From Scyliorhinus canicula (lineage: Eukaryota): DNA of 64,000 bases. The DNA lies in assembly GCF_902713615.1 (NCBI RefSeq), contig NW_024056011.1, positions 1-64,000 of the forward strand. The letters run 5' to 3'. The notes under the pieces were generated by a model. That model was given only the letters and a program-made list of their open reading frames with translations. It searched no databases and had not been told where the DNA came from. Shown here in pieces: positions 57,981 to 64,000 of this stretch (positions are counted from its first letter, which is position 1; the number at the start of each line of letters is the position of its first letter). Position numbers and translations under genes: made by a program.

Positions 57981-58948
57981 TGTAGCCATCTAAGATGGAC
58001 ACCAGTCTACAAAATGGAGAACCGCAAAGAATACAGGGAAAAACAGCCATAGTAAGGACACACAGCTTGTAGAAGCATTTAGCATTTAGCACGTACAAAA
58101 ACCGGTTTCAAGGCAGTTGCAGAAACCCAGCCAAAGGTGCAAATAGGAAAACGATCTGCATACTAATGAGATGATACCGGCCCAGTCCCAGATACAATAG
58201 AAACATTTTAAGTATCAATCGATACTTTTCTATAGCTACCCAGCCAGGATGGCGCCAGCAAAACCAGAACAATGAGCCCTAGGAACCGCCCCAGCCATCG
58301 AGAAACGACCCCAGGATAGGGGAGTTCAAAACGTATCGATCGGGAAAGACCCAATCGATGAGGGAACCGCCCCAAGAGGGCCTGGACCTCCTGGGACCTA
58401 TAAAAAGAAGGTCCCGCACATGAATCGGTCTGTTGCATCCTTGACTCCAGCCTAGGTCTCTTGCATCCTGACTCCAGCCTACGAATCCAGCATCCAGACT
58501 CCAGTCTTTACCCCGGCCGTCGAGCATCAGCCATCGACTAATAAGTGCCAAAGCAACGATCACTACGTGACCCAGGCATTGCTTGTACTCTTGCCGACTT
58601 TTAATACCCAGAAGTTGCAGACCAAGAACGGGACAAAGGCCTTGTTCCCTGACCTTGCCTGTTCCTTTCTAGATAAGTATTTAGTTGTTTTAATAGTAGA
58701 AGTAAGTTGGTCTTTTAGCGTGTGCATGAGTATTTATTATATTTGTTATAATAAACACTAAGTGTTTGGACTTACTAATCGGTGTATAGATTTATTGCTT
58801 TGAACTTGACCTTGATAACTTGTGACGGTGTCTCTTACGGCACCTGGCGACTCCAGAGCATAGATACAGATACAGAGCCAAGCCAGTGTTAAGCACTATG
58901 TCCTTTATTGGAGGCGTGTTAATCATACTAACAGTAAAATGAGCAACA
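57981..58948 (+). mobile_element. 5' LTR (TGTAGC...GCAACA), TATAAAA at 58399, AATAAA at 58750
   Basis: TG..CA ends with near-inverted termini; followed 5 nt later by a PBS. Confidence 0.8.
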
Positions 58949-58953
58949 TTTAG

Positions 58954-58971
58954 TGGCGACTCCGCCGGGAC
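58954..58971 (+). promoter_or_regulatory. Primer-binding site TGGCGACTCCGCCGGGAC, complementary to the tRNA-Arg(TCT) 3' end
   Basis: The reverse complement GTCCCGGCGGAGTCGCCA matches the vertebrate tRNA-Arg-TCT 3' end as recalled (not searched). Confidence 0.8.
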
Positions 58972-59258
58972 GCGGTTAGATGTGGCACCCCCACTCCGTG
59001 AGAACCCCAGAAATTTGAATTAGAAATCTGATTGGAAAAAAGGAAAAATCACAAGTGGTCAATGTGTTCAAACCAATAACGATAATTCGGAAGTGTGTTT
59101 TGTGCATGCGTACTAACAGGGTTGTAAGGTTAACCTGAGAGCTTTTTGTTGCGACGAACTGTCGGGAGTTTTGTAAGCTGAACAGAGCAAAAGCCTTACC
59201 CGTCTTTTAAAACATTACCTCAACACCCCCTGTTCCAAATTTAAGTAATAAAGAGAAA

Positions 59259-61237
59259 ATGGCCATGCAGGCAATGGAACGCCTCATGAACCCAGAGCAG
59301 TTCTTGGTCGCAGCGACCAGCAGTAGCCGAGTAGGCCAGTGCCCCGTGTGGGAGCTGGAACTCCGCAAGTATCTAAAAGGAAAGGGATGGCCCATTTGGA
59401 ATGAGTTCTGTATGAATGAGGAGACAGATCCCGGGAGTATAGGACATACTTGGTGGGAGAACCTCTCTCAAATTCATAAGAAAAATCCGAGTAAAGCACG
59501 CAAGCCGATGGCAATCGTGTCCTGTTTGGCACAGTTGCGAGGCACTGAGGAGGTCGTTCGGACGCTCCGAGCAGAGTTAGAAGAGAGGAAGAGAATGAGT
59601 AAAGTGGATGTCAGGGACATCGAGAAGGAAAACTTAGAACTAAGAGGGAAGCTGGCAGAGAAGGGGAGAGAGGTGGATGATGCCAAGAGGGCACATCAGT
59701 CGTGTCTAGCCCATCTGAGCACTTCCCAAACCCAATACGAAAAAGCCTATCAAGATGTGCAACGTGCAGTCCTGATAAGAGAGGAATCGGAAAAGCAGGT
59801 AGAGGCATTGCAGAGGCAATGCTCTGACCTTAAAGCAGCTTTGAGAGCACTCCATGCTGCCACCACTGAGCAAAGACAGAGCACAGTAGACCATGCAAAA
59901 TGTAGGAAGCAGATTGCGGAGCTGCAATCGTTGCTTTAAGTGCAGAATGGGTTCCAAAGCACCTTTGGAACGCAGTTAGATGAGGAGAATGCCCCAGATT
60001 GGCAGGAATTGAGCGAAACCGTGCAGCGTTATGTTCAGGGAACGTGTGCGCCAGCAGCGCAACAAAAGAGGAAAGCGCCCCAACCCCCCCCCCCCCCCAG
60101 ATCAGATAGCACCCGCGCCTATGAACCCAGTCACCACCCAAAGAAAAGCAACTACCGACGGCGCACCCGACATCACCTACACCACCCCCTTAACTGTAAC
60201 CCAACTCAGGGACGCGTGTGAGAAAATCACTCCGTTTCTCCCCCACCGCAGACCCCCACCAATTTTTCGCAAAGGTTAAACAGCAGGCGACCATGTACGG
60301 CCTGGACGATAGAGAGCAGGTTAAGCTCACGGTTCTGAGCTTAGACCCATCAGTAGTTGCAGCCCTCCCCGACCCACAGAACGTTGGAGGAGGCACACCA
60401 GAGGAAATGCACACCTCCATTTTAGCTGCAATAGGGTATAACAGAGGAGACCCAGTTGAAGGCCTAAATAAATGTAGGCAAAAGAAAACAGAGCATCCCA
60501 CAGCATTTGCAGGAAGGCTGTGGATCCATTTCACTGCAGTTTTTAGCGAATTAGACCGAGCGCATTTAAACCATGACAACATGGTTAAATGGACCCGCAC
60601 CATAATCTCCCATGCCACAGATGCAGGACAGAGTGCTTGCAATAGTTACAACCCCTCAGAGGAGGACCATAACGAGAAATGGGTTCTGAAAAGATTGTCC
60701 CGCGCTTGGGAACAATCGGTTCCGGGCAAAGTCAAGGTAAAGACCCCAGAGGAAGCTCAGGCTGCAGCGGATATCCAGGCAGTGAGAGCGCACCAAAACC
60801 CCGCATGGGTAAACAATGGGAAGAACAGCCCCCCACAGAAGTCGCAGGAATGCTACAACTGTGGTCAGTTAGGACATTTTGCTAAAGAATGCAATGCACC
60901 ACAGAGATCACAGAGAGGCCAGCAGACAGGCACTCTGAACAGAAATAGAGCGAAGCCTATCCATAGTATAGGGATACAGTCAGGACAGACCAATGTGGAC
61001 GGAACGGACTGACGGTGTTCGGGCTCCCCCACTTGGGTCTGTGACACCCTTTGGGACCAATCCGGAAGACCGAAGTCACAGCGAAGGTTAGAGGGAAGCC
61101 CATAGAGTTACTTTGGGACACAGGAGGGTCCCGCACCACAATTGATTCCACCACCACGGCACAGGCAGACACGTGGCCGACCACATCCACCATTACCCTC
61201 AGCGGTTTTACAGGACACTCACAGCAGGGACACATTG
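59259..61237 (+). pseudogene. gag (coiled-coil, capsid-like region, one CCHC knuckle CYNCGQLGHFAKEC) and 5' protease (LLWDTG) of an LTR retroelement or ERV, disrupted and 3'-truncated
   Basis: ORF pieces 59259-59939, 59940-60221, 60218-61012 and 61051-. Premature TAA at 59937, frameshift at poly-C ~60085-60098; no RT, IN or 3' LTR in the window. Confidence 0.85.
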
Positions 61238-61471
61238 GGTGGACATTTATCCTGTGGGAGCCAATCTAGTGATTCTGTGAGAGCACTGTTCTGTCTAACA
61301 CTGCCAGTATATTAGGCGTTTGGTGAATATAAAACGAGGCAGGAAAATAATCCTCGCCATGAAACAACTTTCCAATGGATAGAGTGTAATACAAGAGTAA
61401 ATTCATCATTTTGAACAAAACAGACCATTAACGTTTGGAAATTGCAGTGCAGCGATGTTCACATGTAGACC

Positions 61472-61603
61472 TGTAGTGTAAGGTTAATGGGGGGATTGTT
61501 GGGTTACGGGTTACGTGGGTTTAAGTAGGGTGATCATTGCTCGGCACAACATCGAGGGCCGAAGGGCCTGTTCTGTGCTGTACTGTTCTATGTCTATGTC
61601 TAT
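61472..61603 (+). mobile_element. SINE 3' tail fragment
   Basis: Near-identical to 36075-36213 with a (ctatgt)n end. Confidence 0.75.
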
Positions 61604-61736
61604 TACTGGGACGTTGGTAAAATATTAAACTCAATATTACCCACATGATAGCAGAGCAAATACAAATTTCCTAGAACTACTTATAGGTATTAACAAGTAT
61701 TAATATAATCTCCAAATCAACAATGATTGTACTTTA

Positions 61737-61799
61737 GTGGCCATTACTGAAACATGGTTAAAGGATGGTCACGACTGGGAGTTAAATATCCGAGGGTAT
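61737..61799 (+). mobile_element. CR1 endonuclease fragment (VAITETWLKDGHDWELNIRGY)
   Basis: Typical APE-domain motif ITETW. Confidence 0.65.
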
Positions 61800-62030
61800 C
61801 ACACAGCATGAAATGAAATTGCAGCATTTACATCAGGGAGACACCGTACTCAGGCTTCAACTGATGATCCAAGTTGGAGAGACATAAGGACATTCGCACC
61901 AAAGGAATCAAGAAGCAGCAATAGGACATTCAGCCCTGTGAGCCTGTTCCACCATTTAATAACATCACGGCTGATCTGATAGTGACCTCAAATCTGCATC
62001 CCACCTACACCTGATAACTTGTCGATAACC

Positions 62031-62147
62031 ATGGAGAAACCGTGGAAATGTGGGGACTGTGGGATGGGATTGAATTACCCATCTGAATTGGAAACACAAG
62101 GACGCACTCATACCAGGGAGAGGCCATTCATCTGCTCTGTGTGTGGC
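62031..62147 (+). pseudogene. C2H2 zinc-finger fragment ([11 protein letters not shown]...[14 protein letters not shown])
   Basis: TGEKP-like linker and CxxC pairs; the first His is replaced by Gln; cut by a SINE. Confidence 0.65.
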
Positions 62148-62390
62148 ACTGTGCGAGCGCTAGAGTCCCAGTCTGTGCGGAGTTGGCACGTTCTCCCCGT
62201 GTCTGCGTGGGATTCCATCGGGTGCTCCGGATTCCTCCCACAAATCTCGAAAGATGTGCAGTTCTGTAATTTGGACATTCTGAATTATCCGTCTGTGCAC
62301 CAAAACAGGCGGCGGAATGTGGCGAAAGGGATCTTTTCACAGTGACTTCATTGCAGTGCTAATGTCAGCTTACTTGTGACAAAAATATTA
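62143..62390 (+). mobile_element. V-SINE
   Basis: Same family as 10628 (ends ...acttcattgcagtgctaatgt...cttacttgtgac). Confidence 0.75.
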
Positions 62391-64000
62391 TTACATTAGT
62401 TTAGGTTAATCACCACCCCATATGAGTGATAATCGTTTTAGACCTTGGCATGGAGTCATGGACAGTTAGCGGTTTACAATACAGAAAGATGCCATTCACC
62501 CACCATATCTGCGATGGCAATCAGGTACCTATCTATTCTAAGATAGTCCATAGATTGTCATCCTATCATAAAACTATAAAACACAGAAGCAGGATTCGAT
62601 GATTAGGCCAATCGAGTGTGCTCCACATTCAATCACGACTGTTATGTTTCTAAAAGCCTATCTCCTGCCTTCTCGCCATAACCCCATATCACCTTATTAA
62701 TCAACAAACTATCTATCTCTGTTAGCCTGGTTAGAAAGAGGGAAAGATCAAGGTAATTGAATGTCCCAACCACATTTTAGAGTAAAACTCCGTCGATGTA
62801 TTCCAATTAACCTGATTCGATCCATTTAGTTGGAAGCCAATGGGGTGAGATTGCACTGAGAGATTATATTCGGCACATGTTGGCTTCATGTTGTCGATTA
62901 AAGGCAATGACCCATCGTGGAGAGACATGAGACAGAACCAGTTAGGAAAAGGGGACAGATATCAGATACAGGAAAACTGGAAAACTCTATGAACATATTT
63001 CGCATGTCATTATATTTCGAGATTAGGGGGAATCTTTCCTAATTATGAACATGGATATCATGATGACCTTTTTCCTAATATAACTGATGAAGAATCAAAT
63101 GTCAAAAACAATCATTACTGGAATCCGTTGATCTATTTGTGTCTTTGCCTCTATTTCTGTGCTGTGTCGATGGGGAAATAGTTGTTGTGCTTTTGTCAGT
63201 GTATAATCTAATCTGAGACTTCTATTTCTGTGTTTATTTACATAAACACCTCACTGGTTACAATGAAGTGTTCGTATCAGCAAAACGAGATAAACACAAT
63301 CATTTATTCATTAGGTTCAACTCAAAATAGCGGTTTATTTTAAGAATATTGACAGTTGGTTGAAACGTATAGAAACATCCATTAGAACAGATGTTACTTA
63401 ATTGAAATAAAAAATACATTTAAATTAAGTATAATTCTGGAAGTTCTGATGCCTCAATTAATAAATCATCTTTAACCAGGCTGTTATTCCACTGAATATT
63501 AATTTAATTGAAACATTAACCGAATTAAAGGAGATAAATTAAAACATCAGGCAGAGGAGTGACCCATAGTCACATTAATCTCAGATCTTTCAACATATTA
63601 CAACCTGCATTTTAAAATGTAAACGTTTGGAAAGAGCTTACTTTTGTAAAACGCTCTACCCGACCTCAGGTCATCCCAACGCTCTGAAAACTCACTGATA
63701 TATTTTAGCTGAATTTAGTTACTGCTGTAATGTTGGAAACGGAGCAGAGAATTTGTGCACAGCAAGCTCCCACAAACTGAGATGTGATAAGCGACCAGCT
63801 AATCTGAGTTTTATGTTCAAGAACGGACATTGGTCGAGGATACTGGGAAAAGCAGCTCTGCTCTTTAGCATTATGTCAATGAGGTAATCCACCTGAAATG
63901 TGAATCTCTTTCTCTCTCTGCTGATGCTCACTGACCTGCTGAGCAGCCTCTTTTTGTTTTTATTTTAGATTTCCGGAACCTGCAGCACTTTGCACAGTTT

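Noticed and set aside
43635-58098. Dozens of long ORFs (mucin-like PTASTASAP, HWQCWLW, GSTGSAGCG repeats)
   Set aside because: The satellite monomer lacks stop codons in most frames, so all six frames are open. There is no evidence for one coding frame.
62731-62928. 65-aa minus-strand ORF with N-x-S/T sites, considered as an env fragment
   Set aside because: It is short, on the opposite strand to the LTR element, and has no recognisable env motif.

Overview
Vertebrate genomic DNA from a cartilaginous fish (shark), judged from the cluster-type IgH organisation and shark-type SINEs and LINEs; the species was not determined. The left third holds one apparently intact, unrearranged IgM heavy-chain minicluster on the minus strand: leader-VH-D1-D2-JH, a 12.6-kb J-C intron, then CH1, CH2 and CH3, with CH4 beyond the left edge. 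All RSSs and splice sites are readable. Upstream of VH (to the right) lie, in order: a 5'-truncated L1-clade LINE, a tRNA-Asn gene, a young compound Penelope-like retroelement (intact 905-aa RT/GIY-YIG ORF, inverted and tandem partial copies, 12-bp TSD, hammerhead ribozymes), a 5'-truncated TCR alpha/delta-type V segment with a 23-RSS in the same orientation as the IgH cluster, about 2.4 tandem copies of a 2.45-kb tRNA-Pro/tRNA-Val cassette, a 31-bp satellite, a two-exon GPR139-like class A GPCR gene, a 14-kb G-rich satellite, and the 5' half of an LTR element (LTR, tRNA-Arg PBS, gag, part of pro). The most notable observations are: tRNA-Pro(TGG) genes with an 18-nt intron at the canonical 37/38 site; an AGCT-dense array plus a G-rich non-template-strand repeat just 5' of C-mu-1 (switch-region-like, in a lineage thought to lack S regions); the TCR V relic beside an IgM cluster; a Val-body tRNA with an Ile (TAT) anticodon; and the architecture of the Penelope insertion. 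All analysis was done by eye with no database searches, and repeat boundaries are approximate. Most ORFs in the supplied track over 4.6-12.5 kb and 43.6-58 kb are low-complexity artefacts.
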